Shown piece by piece: positions 9,285 to 18,691 of a stretch of 64,000 nucleotides of DNA. Below the pieces are notes generated by a model. That model ran no database searches. It was not told the origin of the DNA and was given only the letters and a program-made list of their open reading frames with translations. The translations under genes and the position numbers were made by a program. Positions within the stretch are counted from its first letter, which is position 1; the number at the start of each line of letters is the position of its first letter. The stretch is from an uncultured Candidatus Saccharibacteria bacterium (GTDB lineage: Bacteria > Patescibacteriota > Minisyncoccia > Phycocordibacterales > SBAW01), in the NCBI GenBank assembly GCA_964566795.1, contig CAZMIU010000001.1, positions 79,388-143,387 of the forward strand, written 5' to 3'.

Positions 9285-10444
9285 ACAAGTGCTTTGCGGT
9301 AAAAGTCCTCAAACTGCTCCAGTACGCCGTCTATGTCGTGGTGCGCGATAATCTCCTGGCTTTTTGCGCCCATCTGTTTCCTCAGCTCCCGGCTCTGCAT
9401 AATCTCATCCAAGTAGCCGGTAAGTTCTTCGCTGCCCCCAGGCTCAAAGAGGTAGCCGTTTTGCCTGTGGTGAATAAGTTCCGGCAAGGCAACCGCGCGT
9501 GCACCCACCACAGGGAGCCCCGTGGCCATGGCCTCCATAGCGACAATGCACTGGAGCTCGGCGATGCCGGCGTTTACAAAGCAGTCTGAGGCGGCGTAGA
9601 GGCTGGGCAAAAGGTCATCTGGTACAAAACCGGTAAAGGTCACCCTGTCGCCAATGCCTAAATCCTGCGCCAGGCGCTTGAGCTTATGTTGCTCGGCACC
9701 GTGGCCCGCAACTATAAAGTGGAAGTCTTTGTTTTGGCACAAGGCAACGGCGCGCAATACCACGTCCACGTTCTTTTCCTTATCCAGCCGGCCCACAAAC
9801 AAAAGCGTGGGCTTGTCGGGAAGCGCATAGGCCTGTTTGGCGGGGCCGGGGTCGGTCTGCGGGCTAAAGCGCTTGCGGTCTATACCGTTGGAGATTGCCG
9901 GTACCGAGGCCTTAAGCCAGGGCTCTAGCATCACACCCGCGGTGCGGGTGGGGGCAGAGACCCCTTTGGTGCGCCCAAGCACACGTGCCGCGTCCTGCCA
10001 GGCCAGGCGGTGTATAAGGTCTGTGATTGGAGTAGGTAGATGCAAATAGTGGGTGAGGTTCTCCGGCATAAAGTGGTTGGTTGCTACCACCGGGATATTG
10101 TGGCGCCCGGCCTCACGAAGGACCATGCGCGATATGGGGAAGTGCATTTGGATATGCACGATGTCCGGCCTAAATTCCGCTATAGCCTGCGCTGCCCGCC
10201 GGCTTATCCCGCTTATCAGCGGCATCACAAACCTAAACTTGGGCACGATAAAGATGGGGAAGGAGCGTACGCCATAAAAATGCACACGCCCGTGCATGTC
10301 TTTGGTCGTGGATACGCTTGGGCCGGGGGCTACCACAGCCACCTCGTGGCCGCGCTCCACAAGCGCGTGGGCAAGCCTCTGGGTAAAGTAGGAGGCCCCG
10401 TTAACGTGCGGGTAGTAGGTGTCGGAAGCGATTAAGACTCTCAT
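9281..10444 (-). CDS. GT4 glycosyltransferase
   Basis: SDTYYPHVNG, NGID, FVGRLDKEKNV, EAMATGLPVV. Confidence 0.9.
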   Translation of the reverse strand: MRVLIASDTYYPHVNGASYFTQRLAHALVERGHEVAVVAPGPSVSTTKDMHGRVHFYGVRSFPIFIVPKFRFVMPLISGISRRAAQAIAEFRPDIVHIQMHFPISRMVLREAGRHNIPVVATNHFMPENLTHYLHLPTPITDLIHRLAWQDAARVLGRTKGVSAPTRTAGVMLEPWLKASVPAISNGIDRKRFSPQTDPGPAKQAYALPDKPTLLFVGRLDKEKNVDVVLRAVALCQNKDFHFIVAGHGAEQHKLKRLAQDLGIGDRVTFTGFVPDDLLPSLYAASDCFVNAGIAELQCIVAMEAMATGLPVVGARAVALPELIHHRQNGYLFEPGGSEELTGYLDEIMQSRELRKQMGAKSQEIIAHHDIDGVLEQFEDFYRKALV

Positions 10445-10449
10445 GATGG

Positions 10450-11019
10450 TTAGGCACGACGAGCGTACCAAATGCCGGCTACTATACCTACACATCCTAC
10501 AACAAGCCCGGCCGCGGCAAAGTAGTCCAGATACCGGCCTATTACCTCATACGCCTCGCCAAAGAAGTACCCGAGCCCCACGAAAAACGCCGCCTGCGCG
10601 AGAGTGACCACTAAACAGGTGGAGGCAAAGGTCATGTAGGGCACGCGCACAAGCCCTGCGGTAAACAGGCCCGCAGAGCCCACACCGTGTATGAGCTTGG
10701 AGGCCATCATCATTTTGTAGCGGTGGGTATGAAAGCGCTCGCGTGTCTGCTCGATGCGCTCGGGCGTGAGCTTAAAGAAATTTTTTATAGGTTGCGTGTA
10801 CTTCCAGTGGCCGCCGTAGCGGCCCAGCAAGTACCAAAACGCATCGCCCAGTATGTCGCCCACGACAATTATTGCGTACACGATAAAGAGGTTGAATATC
10901 CCGAGGCTCACCAAAAAGCCGGCGATGACCGACACGATAGGACCCTCCATGATCGCGATGGGGAAGAGCAGTATGTAGCCCCCGGTCTCCAAAAGGCCAA
11001 TAATCTGTGCAAGCTCCAT
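10450..11019 (-). CDS. DedA family membrane protein
   Basis: EGPIVSVIAGFL, GDILGDAFWYLLGRYGG. Confidence 0.85.
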   Translation of the reverse strand: MELAQIIGLLETGGYILLFPIAIMEGPIVSVIAGFLVSLGIFNLFIVYAIIVVGDILGDAFWYLLGRYGGHWKYTQPIKNFFKLTPERIEQTRERFHTHRYKMMMASKLIHGVGSAGLFTAGLVRVPYMTFASTCLVVTLAQAAFFVGLGYFFGEAYEVIGRYLDYFAAAGLVVGCVGIVAGIWYARRA

Positions 11020-11067
11020 AGAATAAGTATAGCCCGCAAGGGTTTTTAGGCGTACCCTTGCGCACTA

Positions 11068-11096
11068 TTGACTTTATATACTTTGTTAGGTATAGT
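11068..11096 (+). promoter_or_regulatory. sigma70 promoter
   Basis: TTGACT-N17-TATAGT. Confidence 0.7.
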
Positions 11097-11130
11097 TTAT
11101 AGGACAGCACATCACACAAGGGAGGATCAG

Positions 11131-11493
11131 ATGTTCCTGTTTTTTGTCCGTGTACTCAGCGTGTTGGGGTTTGCAGTCTTCTTTGCAAATACCGACAACC
11201 CCTACCTCATGCTCGCGTCTGCGCTCTGCATGGGTGCGGTCATCGGATCGGAGTGGGGAGAGTACTCGGTTGCGAGCATATGCTCGTTTGCCTTGGTCAT
11301 GTTCCTCGACGCCGCGAGCTTTGCGGTAAACGGGGCGCTAATGACTAACTACTTCTTCCCGTGGGCAGACGCCCACAGGCAGATGGGGTTGGCAAACTTC
11401 TTCATGCTGGTAGCAATCGGGATCTTCTTTGTGGTCCAGGTTAACTACACCTGGGACTACATCCAGAAGAGGAACGAAGCCCGCTCTGTCTAG
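11131..11493 (+). CDS. Hypothetical multi-TM protein (SD-led)
   Basis: GGGAGG SD, hydrophobic segments, terminator at about 11511-11540. Confidence 0.6.
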   Translation: MFLFFVRVLSVLGFAVFFANTDNPYLMLASALCMGAVIGSEWGEYSVASICSFALVMFLDAASFAVNGALMTNYFFPWADAHRQMGLANFFMLVAIGIFFVVQVNYTWDYIQKRNEARSV

Positions 11494-11559
11494 TAGCCGG
11501 CCACTTGTGTAAAGCCCCGCGGGAAACTGCGGGGCTTTTTATTTTGATATACTGCGGCA

Positions 11560-12036
11560 ATGGCGGATTCGCTGATTGTCTTTTTGGGCACCTATCTTAT
11601 TTTTGTGATGATCGTGGCCATTGGGGTGTACGGCTTTAGCAGCAACAAGGTGCGCTGGCTGGAGTACGGACTCTCCATAGTGGGAGGGCTTGCGCTTGGC
11701 TACATACTGGCGCGCCTGGGGGGCTTCTTTTTTTACCACGAGCAGCCGTACTCGGTGCTAAACTACACGCCGCTTATCCCGCACGAAATAGACAACGCTT
11801 TTCCTTCAGATCATGCGGTGGTGGCCGGTGTCTTGGCCGCTATCGCAAGTCTCTACAACCGGTCACTAGGGCTCCTCATGTGGTTTCTTGCCTTGGGCGT
11901 TGCCGCAGGTCGCATGCTTGCGGGCGTGCACTACCCACTGGACGTAATCACGGGCCTTATTGTGGGCGGGGTGTGTGCGGCAGCGGCACACTATACAGTT
12001 CATCTCTATTTCAGTAGAAAAACGCATACTAACTAG
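11560..12036 (+). CDS. PAP2 phosphatase (BcrC-like undecaprenyl-diphosphatase)
   Basis: AFPSDHA and GRMLAGVHYPLDV motifs. Confidence 0.8.
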   Translation: MADSLIVFLGTYLIFVMIVAIGVYGFSSNKVRWLEYGLSIVGGLALGYILARLGGFFFYHEQPYSVLNYTPLIPHEIDNAFPSDHAVVAGVLAAIASLYNRSLGLLMWFLALGVAAGRMLAGVHYPLDVITGLIVGGVCAAAAHYTVHLYFSRKTHTN

Positions 12037-12068
12037 GTTCCGATTACTCGGTATCAAGATTAGTACCT

Positions 12069-12314
12069 ATGACACTAGCACTCACCAAGCGCATCGCCGG
12101 CTCTGTTGCGGGCCTTATGCTCGGCACCCTGCTCGCACTCGCAGCTCCCTTAACCTACGCGCAGACCTCTACCACCACTGACCCGGGCACGCCGGGCGTA
12201 CCGGCAACTGGTGCCGGAGACAGCACCATGGCGCTTGTAGCCCTGGCCGGTTCGGCGCTGGCATTAGTTGCCGGTGGTACCTACTTGGCTCGCACTCCCC
12301 GCAGCGAGGCCTAA
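12069..12314 (+). CDS. Small secreted protein with LPXTG-like sorting signal
   Basis: Signal peptide (TYA/Q), VPATG, hydrophobic segment, Arg tail; precedes a sortase gene. Confidence 0.7.
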   Translation: MTLALTKRIAGSVAGLMLGTLLALAAPLTYAQTSTTTDPGTPGVPATGAGDSTMALVALAGSALALVAGGTYLARTPRSEA

Positions 12315-12317
12315 CCC

Positions 12318-12923
12318 ATGCAGCACAGAGGTGTGCGCATAGCAGTCATACTCATGATGATAGCGGCGGGCGTGGTGTTTGTAACCACGCTCGTTCGCGC
12401 TACCCTCTATGCGCCCTCCGGCGAGGTGGCCTCTAGCACCTTGGCTGCGCTTGCACCCGCGCGCGAGGCGAGCGCGGGCGATTTGCCAGAGCGTCTGCGT
12501 ATCCCCGCGCTTTCTATAAACGCATATGTGCGGCACGTGGGCATTAATGCCGATGGCGACATGGCAACGCCCGGCAACTTTACCGACGTCGGGTGGTACA
12601 AATACGGCACAGTGCCCGGCTTTGTGGGCAGTGCGGTCATGGACGGCCACGTGGACAACGGACTCTCGCGCAACGGCGTGTTTAAAAATCTAAGCCAGCT
12701 TAAGGTGGGAGATGAGCTGTTTGTAGACACTGCATCATCAACCGTGCTGCGCTTTGTCGTGCGCGAGGTTGTCTCCTATCCCGTGGGGGAGGTCCCGGCC
12801 GAGAGGATATTTACCACACGAGGCGGCGTGTACCTAAACCTTATTACCTGCGACGGTGTGTTTAACAAAACGGCCAACGACTATGAGAGCCGCTTGGTAG
12901 TGTATGCCGAGCTGGTGCCTTAG
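12318..12923 (+). CDS. Class F sortase
   Basis: VGWY, PG..GSAVMDGHVD, LNLITCDG, RLVVYA. Confidence 0.88.
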   Translation: MQHRGVRIAVILMMIAAGVVFVTTLVRATLYAPSGEVASSTLAALAPAREASAGDLPERLRIPALSINAYVRHVGINADGDMATPGNFTDVGWYKYGTVPGFVGSAVMDGHVDNGLSRNGVFKNLSQLKVGDELFVDTASSTVLRFVVREVVSYPVGEVPAERIFTTRGGVYLNLITCDGVFNKTANDYESRLVVYAELVP

Positions 12924-12944
12924 GCCTTCTTGAGCTTCGTCTAT

Positions 12945-15020
12945 TTACTTCTTTAGCTTCGCTAGGGTACGCTCCACGTCGACTATGGAGACGGGCTTGA
13001 CCAGATGCTCGTCAAACCCGGCCTCTGTCGCTTTGTCGCGGTCCTCGTCCTGGCCGTAGCCGGTGAGCGCTACAAGCGATATGTCGTAGCCAAACTGCGC
13101 GCGCAGCCGCTTTGCAACCTCGTAGCCCGATATGTCGGGCAGCCCGATGTCGAGCAACACTACCTGCGGCCTGTGGCGCGAGGCCTCCTCGAGCGCCCCA
13201 AAGCCGGTGTGCGCTATAGCGACCTTGTGCCCGTTGTGCGTGAGCAGGGTCGAGAGCATGGTCGCTGCGGTCTCGTTGTCGTCTACAACCAAGACCCCTA
13301 TAGGCCCGGCCGCTTGTGCATGCACCATCATTGCCTCCGCAGAAAAGCGCTCGCGCGGCTGCTTGAGCCCTGCATCAAGTACGGGAGCTGCTGCTGGCGC
13401 CAGCGTGGTGGGTGCGGGCAAGCGCACCACAAAGGTGCTGCCGGTGCCTATGGTGCTCTCTACAACAACCCTGCCCTGATGCAGCTCTACCATGCGCTTA
13501 ACCAGAGAGAGGCCTATATGGAGGCCGCCGGGGCCCTCCTGGCGCTGCACACCCCCGGCAAAAGGCTCGAATATCTTTTGCATGCGCTCAGAGGCTATGC
13601 CTTGGCCGTTGTCGCGCACCTCAACAACCGCCTCCTGTCCCTCGCGGCGCGCGACAAGCTCAATGGCACCGCCCTGTGGGGTATACTTGGCCGCGTTGTT
13701 GAGAAGGTTTACAAACACCTGGGCCAGCCTCACCGGGTCTGCGTCGATCCAGATAGTCTCGTGCGCAACTGTCTTGGTAAAGGAGTGGTTGCGCGAGGAG
13801 AGGTAGGGCAGCGCCATCTCAAGCGAGCGGTCAATGATATCCTGGAGCCGCACTGTCTCGGGCCGGAGCGTAAACTTTTTTTGCGAGATACGGGTCATGT
13901 CCAGCAGGTCGTCAAGCAGGCGGGCCAGGGTGTTTAGGTGCGCGCCCATCATGTGGTGCACCTCCTTGGAGCCCTGTTCGCGCAGTTTAAGCAGTTCGAG
14001 CCCGGAGAGCACCGGGGAGAGCGGGTTTCTGAGCTCGTGGGCGAGTATTGCTATAAACTCGCTCTTGGCCTGATCCTCGCTTGCCACTTTCTCGAGCGTG
14101 CCCTCAAGCTGGCCCACATGCGTCTCGAGCGCCTTGACCGCCTCTTTGCGCTCCTCGGTTATGGAGGTAAAGAGGATAAATATGAGCGAGAGCGTGCCGA
14201 TAATCATCTGCACGCCAAACAGGGCTTTGGTGGCACTTGCGCTAACCGGCCCGTACCCCCAGAGTATCCCCGATATGCCTATGACCGCGAGCATAAACAG
14301 CGCCAGCGCCGTGCCGCGCGGACCGGCGCGCAGGGATATCCAGATAAGCGGGAAGATGAGTATATAGATGAGCGATATGCCTGCGATGGAGCCGTGCGGG
14401 GTCCAAAACATAAGGAAGACGAGTACAAATATTGAGCCAAACATCGCCACGCCCTCAAGCACTTCCCGCCACGTCTTTTTAAACCACGGGCGGTACCCCC
14501 AGCGCAGGACAAACGGGCCAAACGAGAGCAGGGAGACCGCGTGGCCCACCCATAGCCCGACCCATAACTCCAGCTTCCACACGCCGGTGTAGAGGAGCGC
14601 GGCACTCCCCGCTATGGCAAGTGCCGATATAAACGTTGCGACAAAAGCTGCGAGTATGAGCGCCAGGCTGTCGCGCAACCTGCTCATAAGCGGATGAAAG
14701 CTAAAGCGCACAAGAATGTAGGAGGCGATACATGCTTCGAGCGTGTTGCTTGCCGCAAGCGCTGCGGCAAGCGGCGTGTCGTAGCCCTGCACGACAAACG
14801 TCACAAACAGCGAGAGCACAAGCGCCGGCCACAGGTTGATACCCCAAAACAAGAGCCCGGCGAGGCCCACTGCAGAGACGGGCCACACGAGCGTGGCGCC
14901 AGAGGAGCCTGCCGGCAAAAAAGTGAGGCTCAGCCATGCCACGCCGGCGTACAGGAGCCCCATGAGGATAAAACGCGCCACATAGGTGAGCGCCGGGTTG
15001 TTGGGGAAAAATGGTTGCAT
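12945..15020 (-). CDS. MASE1-domain hybrid sensor kinase/response regulator
   Basis: N-terminal multi-TM domain, AHELRNPL, NNAAKYT, C-terminal receiver (VVDDN, DIGLP, KP). Confidence 0.9.
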   Translation of the reverse strand: MQPFFPNNPALTYVARFILMGLLYAGVAWLSLTFLPAGSSGATLVWPVSAVGLAGLLFWGINLWPALVLSLFVTFVVQGYDTPLAAALAASNTLEACIASYILVRFSFHPLMSRLRDSLALILAAFVATFISALAIAGSAALLYTGVWKLELWVGLWVGHAVSLLSFGPFVLRWGYRPWFKKTWREVLEGVAMFGSIFVLVFLMFWTPHGSIAGISLIYILIFPLIWISLRAGPRGTALALFMLAVIGISGILWGYGPVSASATKALFGVQMIIGTLSLIFILFTSITEERKEAVKALETHVGQLEGTLEKVASEDQAKSEFIAILAHELRNPLSPVLSGLELLKLREQGSKEVHHMMGAHLNTLARLLDDLLDMTRISQKKFTLRPETVRLQDIIDRSLEMALPYLSSRNHSFTKTVAHETIWIDADPVRLAQVFVNLLNNAAKYTPQGGAIELVARREGQEAVVEVRDNGQGIASERMQKIFEPFAGGVQRQEGPGGLHIGLSLVKRMVELHQGRVVVESTIGTGSTFVVRLPAPTTLAPAAAPVLDAGLKQPRERFSAEAMMVHAQAAGPIGVLVVDDNETAATMLSTLLTHNGHKVAIAHTGFGALEEASRHRPQVVLLDIGLPDISGYEVAKRLRAQFGYDISLVALTGYGQDEDRDKATEAGFDEHLVKPVSIVDVERTLAKLKK

Positions 15021-15182
15021 GGACTACTATCACCCTACCTCACCTTCCTGAGCGCTTAATGAAGCCAGTAGGGGGTGCCGCAACAGTACCAAACCCGCGC
15101 AGGACAAACAAACCGCCCTCACATAAAGAGGGCGGCTGTACCTGTGGGGCCAGGTCTAGTAGACCAACTTTTTATATCCAGC

Positions 15183-15362
15183 TTAGTAAACTAAGCTGGA
15201 GTGCTCTTCCACCACCTCCTTAAACCTCTCTGCGAGCACAGGATGGTTGTGGTTGATATGGTTGTACATGCGCACCTTGAGCATAAGCATCTTGTGCTCG
15301 GAGTCTATCTCCTCGTGGCCGCACTCGCTGCAGGTCAGTATTATTTCTCGCTCGTGTTGCAT
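15183..15362 (-). CDS. 59-aa C2H2-zinc-finger-like protein (absent from ORF track)
   Basis: Manual translation MQHEREIILTCSECGHEEIDSEHKMLMLKVRMYNHINHNHPVLAERFKEVVEEHSSLVY. Confidence 0.6.
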   Translation of the reverse strand: MQHEREIILTCSECGHEEIDSEHKMLMLKVRMYNHINHNHPVLAERFKEVVEEHSSLVY

Positions 15363-15401
15363 AGGATAATCCTATACAACTGACCCTGATAGTTTGATGA
15401 A

Positions 15402-15650
15402 TTATTCGCCCGAGTCTTCGCCGTATCCGTCGCCCGGGGAGTAAAACTCTATATCTTGTGCATTGCGCTCGGCGTCGTGCTTGGCCTGCTCGAGCCTCGT
15501 GTGCTCGCGCGCTTCCGGCGTCTGTTGCTCTGCCTCCACCTTCATATCCTCGTCTATCTGCTTGGGGTCATTAAGGCTCCCATATATCCACAACAGGAGT
15601 ATTGCTACGCCCACGAGCCCTACGATTATCAGGGCTATATCCATGCCCAC
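15402..15650 (-). CDS. Small single-TM hypothetical protein
   Basis: N-terminal TM and acidic tail. Confidence 0.6.
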   Translation of the reverse strand: MGMDIALIIVGLVGVAILLLWIYGSLNDPKQIDEDMKVEAEQQTPEAREHTRLEQAKHDAERNAQDIEFYSPGDGYGEDSGE

Positions 15651-15946
15651 AGCATACCATATGGGGTTCTCACAAGAGCATCAGGAGTGATGCGGTATAT
15701 ATGGTTGTATGGAACGCCACATACACACAAACGAAGGGTCGCATATGTATCTTAAGGATTATACAAAAGGGGAAGCAGACACCACAGAGACGATTAAGCG
15801 CAACCATAAGACGTCTGACGCGCTCCTGGCCAAACTCGCAGCCAAGCTGCGCGGCAGGGCGGGCCGCTTTCGCGGCAAGAGCGGCAGGCGGGAAAACAAC
15901 AAGGCCCGGGGAGGCAACATGGCGCGCTAGCTTGTATACTCTGAGT

Positions 15947-16756
15947 ATGAACAGGGGTTACATAGCAAGGCTCATACTGGTCGCGGTGCTTCTTGTTGGC
16001 GCGTCGCCGGTGTCTGCCGCAGGCGTGGTCGAGCAAAACGGCCGCCCTTCGGGCAACTGGTCTGGGTATGTGGCCTCGCGCGACACCTACACAGGCGTGG
16101 GTGCCACATGGGTGGTGCCCGCGGTTGCGGCCACCACAACTCTTATGAGCGATGTGGCGTGGGTGGGCATCGGGGGCTCAAAAACAAAGGATCTTATCCA
16201 GGCGGGCACGCACGGAGCGGTCCAAAACGGCCAGACGCAGTACTGGGCGTGGTACGAGCTCTTGCCCGCGTACCAGGTAGTTATACCGGTTGCTGTTGCG
16301 GCAGGAGACGAGGTTGAGGTGGCCCTGCAGGAAATTGCACGCGACCTGTGGTATCTCTCGTTTATAAACAAGAGCACGGGGCAGAGCTACTTTACGACAC
16401 TCGAGTATCACTCCAAACGCAGCTCGGCCGAGTGGATAGAGGAGATGCCCAACGTGTATGGCAGGGAGGGCGGCCGCATTTTTGCGCCGCTGAGCGAGTT
16501 TGAGCGCGTGGAGTTTACGGAGGCCTTTGCGGTTATCAATGGCGAGCGGCGCAGCCTTGCGGACATCAAGTCAAGCGCAGTGTCTATGGTGGCCAAAAAC
16601 AACAAGCGGCTTGTGCTGGCCGCACCGTCGGGCGTAACCCCTCAAAGCTCGTTTGTGGTTACGCGCTCAAGCGCGGTGCCGAGCCCCATGACCAAGCAAA
16701 CTATGAAGCAGTACCGCGCCTCGGCGCACGACATTGTGTGGTCCCTGCCCCGGTAA
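15947..16756 (+). CDS. Secreted glutamic peptidase, family G1
   Basis: SGNWSGY, WVGIGG, LIQAGT, AWYE, SAEWIEE; signal peptide. Confidence 0.85.
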   Translation: MNRGYIARLILVAVLLVGASPVSAAGVVEQNGRPSGNWSGYVASRDTYTGVGATWVVPAVAATTTLMSDVAWVGIGGSKTKDLIQAGTHGAVQNGQTQYWAWYELLPAYQVVIPVAVAAGDEVEVALQEIARDLWYLSFINKSTGQSYFTTLEYHSKRSSAEWIEEMPNVYGREGGRIFAPLSEFERVEFTEAFAVINGERRSLADIKSSAVSMVAKNNKRLVLAAPSGVTPQSSFVVTRSSAVPSPMTKQTMKQYRASAHDIVWSLPR

Positions 16757-16789
16757 CTTCACTCGGCTCCCGCGGCCGTTGTGGCACGC

Positions 16790-17557
16790 CTAGAGTAGGC
16801 GGGCCTCGATGCACATAAACAGCGGTATCTCTCGGCGGGCGGTATCCTCGGCCTTTTGCCTCGGGCCCTTTTGGCTCTGTTTGTGGGAGATCCACTCCTC
16901 GAGCCGGGTGACGCTGAGCTCTGCGCCGTGGAGTGCCTTAACAAAGTCCTGGAGCGAGCGGTGGTAGGAAATGGTCTCAGATTTTCGAACACGGCCCGGC
17001 GCCATGTCGACCGCGACCTTGGCCGCCGAGAGGTAACCGTCTATGCGGCGGTACTGGGTCTTTGTATCCTCGTCAAAGCCCCAGCTTGAGCGCTTTAGCA
17101 CGCGGAACGCGGGGTGGTTGAGCACAAAGACAAACCGGCCGCCAGGTTTGAGCACGCGCTTAACCTCCTTAAACACCGCGCCAATGTCTTCCATGTTTTG
17201 GAGTGCCAAGACGCACAGCGCCGCGTCAAACTGCGCATTGCCCGCAAACGCGAGCTTGTGTGCCGGGGTGATATGAAACTGCACGCCCGGGGTTTGTGCC
17301 TTAGCCTTGGCGATAAGCTCTTTGGATATATCGGCGCCCATGACGTGCTTGGTGTGTTTAAGCACCTCGCGGGTAAAGTAGCCCTGCCCGCACCCTACAT
17401 CAAGCACGCGCTCGCCCTCCTTTATAGACAGTATGCGCATGAGGTTGGGCGCAATAACTTTGGCCTGGTAGGTGTCCTCGCCGCCTAGGTAGTCGTCGTA
17501 CCAGGTTGCAACGTCGCCCCAGGAGGTGTCTTTCTTCATCTGCTCACTGTAGCGCAT
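16790..17557 (-). CDS. Class I SAM-dependent methyltransferase
   Basis: VLDVGCGQG, RVLKPGG. Confidence 0.88.
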   Translation of the reverse strand: MRYSEQMKKDTSWGDVATWYDDYLGGEDTYQAKVIAPNLMRILSIKEGERVLDVGCGQGYFTREVLKHTKHVMGADISKELIAKAKAQTPGVQFHITPAHKLAFAGNAQFDAALCVLALQNMEDIGAVFKEVKRVLKPGGRFVFVLNHPAFRVLKRSSWGFDEDTKTQYRRIDGYLSAAKVAVDMAPGRVRKSETISYHRSLQDFVKALHGAELSVTRLEEWISHKQSQKGPRQKAEDTARREIPLFMCIEARLL

Positions 17558-17616
17558 ACGAGCCTAAAAAAGAAACCGCCGCGACTGTGCCGCGGCGGAA
17601 ATTCTTGGTCGTCTGA

Positions 17617-17943
17617 TTACTCGGGCGGGTGGTAATATCCGCGTGAGTCGAATGTGCCGTCTCTGCGCGGCCGCGTTTCTTGTTTTCGGTTCTTCTGCTC
17701 GTGGGTGGCGTGCCGGCGCAGGAAATACTCGAGCCCGCGCGTCGCACCGTGGGGCTGGTAGCCCCGCACGCTCCAGATAATGGTGGAGTGGATCATGACG
17801 ACCTGCTTCCACACTTTGTCGAGCTCCTGACAAACCTCCTCGCGCATGCGCTTGGGGACGCCAAAGTCTTTCATGAGCTCGTCAGCGCAATGTCCATGAC
17901 GGCGTTGCATCTCGGTCTCAGGTTCTCGCTTTTTTCGCGGCAT
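17617..17943 (-). CDS. Hypothetical basic protein (SD-led)
   Basis: AGGAGG SD before MPRKKREP; hairpin and T tract downstream. Confidence 0.55.
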   Translation of the reverse strand: MPRKKREPETEMQRRHGHCADELMKDFGVPKRMREEVCQELDKVWKQVVMIHSTIIWSVRGYQPHGATRGLEYFLRRHATHEQKNRKQETRPRRDGTFDSRGYYHPPE

Positions 17944-18007
17944 CAATGCCTCCTGTTGTTGTCCGCTTGCACCATAACAAACCTGGGGCAAAAAGGAAGC
18001 CCGGCGC

Positions 18008-18544
18008 TTAGCGCCGGGCGGGGTTGAGTGCCTGATGTTTGGGCAAGGCACAGTAGTTGGAGCCTTGCATCCGCTCGTATCCGCAGCGGCGTCCGTCCTC
18101 GTCGTGTGCGTGGCACTGCGTTGCCTCACTCGCAGCCAACTTGTACTTCTGGGGGTCGTGCAGCTCAGTTGCGGGCTTGAGTGTGCCCACAAGCACGGGC
18201 ATTGTGTATACAACAGGGGGTGGGAGCTCTTCCGCGACGGGCTCGGGTTGGGGCTCGGGTGGCACAGATGGTGGTGCCGCGGCCTTGGGCTTTGCCGGCT
18301 TTGGTGCCTGCTTTTTTTGGGGCGCCGCGCTTTGCTTGGTTTTGTTCTCCTTTGGTTTTTTTGCCTTGCCAGGGCTCCTTGTCGAGGGGATCTTCTTCCT
18401 ATGGCGCAGCCCCGCAATGGCGTTTGGAGTTGTGCCAAGCTCCTCGGCAACGCTCTTGTTGGTGCCGCCTGCGAGCATAAGCTCTCTGACAGCTGCTTCC
18501 TGCTCCTTAGGAGACATGTCGTCGTAGAGTTTCTTTTTTACCAT
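18008..18544 (-). CDS. GcrA-like protein
   Basis: HTH-like VAEELGTTPNAIAGLRHR, Pro/Ala/Lys linker, C-terminal C..CG..GSNYC..H. Confidence 0.65.
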   Translation of the reverse strand: MVKKKLYDDMSPKEQEAAVRELMLAGGTNKSVAEELGTTPNAIAGLRHRKKIPSTRSPGKAKKPKENKTKQSAAPQKKQAPKPAKPKAAAPPSVPPEPQPEPVAEELPPPVVYTMPVLVGTLKPATELHDPQKYKLAASEATQCHAHDEDGRRCGYERMQGSNYCALPKHQALNPARR

Positions 18545-18611
18545 TGTCTGTTCCTAGTAAGAGGGGAGGAACACAGTACGCAACACCGCAACGGTACGTA
18601 TGTCTGCCCGC

Positions 18612-18640
18612 ACAATACAACTAAAATATGATTGTATCAA
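18612..18640 (-). promoter_or_regulatory. sigma70 promoter of the GcrA-like gene
   Basis: TTGATA-N17-TATTGT on the minus strand. Confidence 0.55.
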
Positions 18641-18691
18641 GCATCGGCTGGAGGAGTCGTCTGGCTCGCATGCCAAGGGTATACTTAGGCC

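Noticed and set aside
13005-13937. Long antisense ORFs (also 3704-4567, 27459-28385, 62244-62993)
   Set aside because: Shadows of well-supported genes on the opposite strand, with no recognisable motifs
15602-15946. N-terminal extension of the G1 peptidase
   Set aside because: The signal peptide and -10 box point to ATG 15947; a small basic ORF ending at 15930 is possible but unsupported
17617-18450. 277-aa ORF as a single gene
   Set aside because: Its 5' part is an alternative frame of the GcrA-like gene; the SD-led start is at 17943
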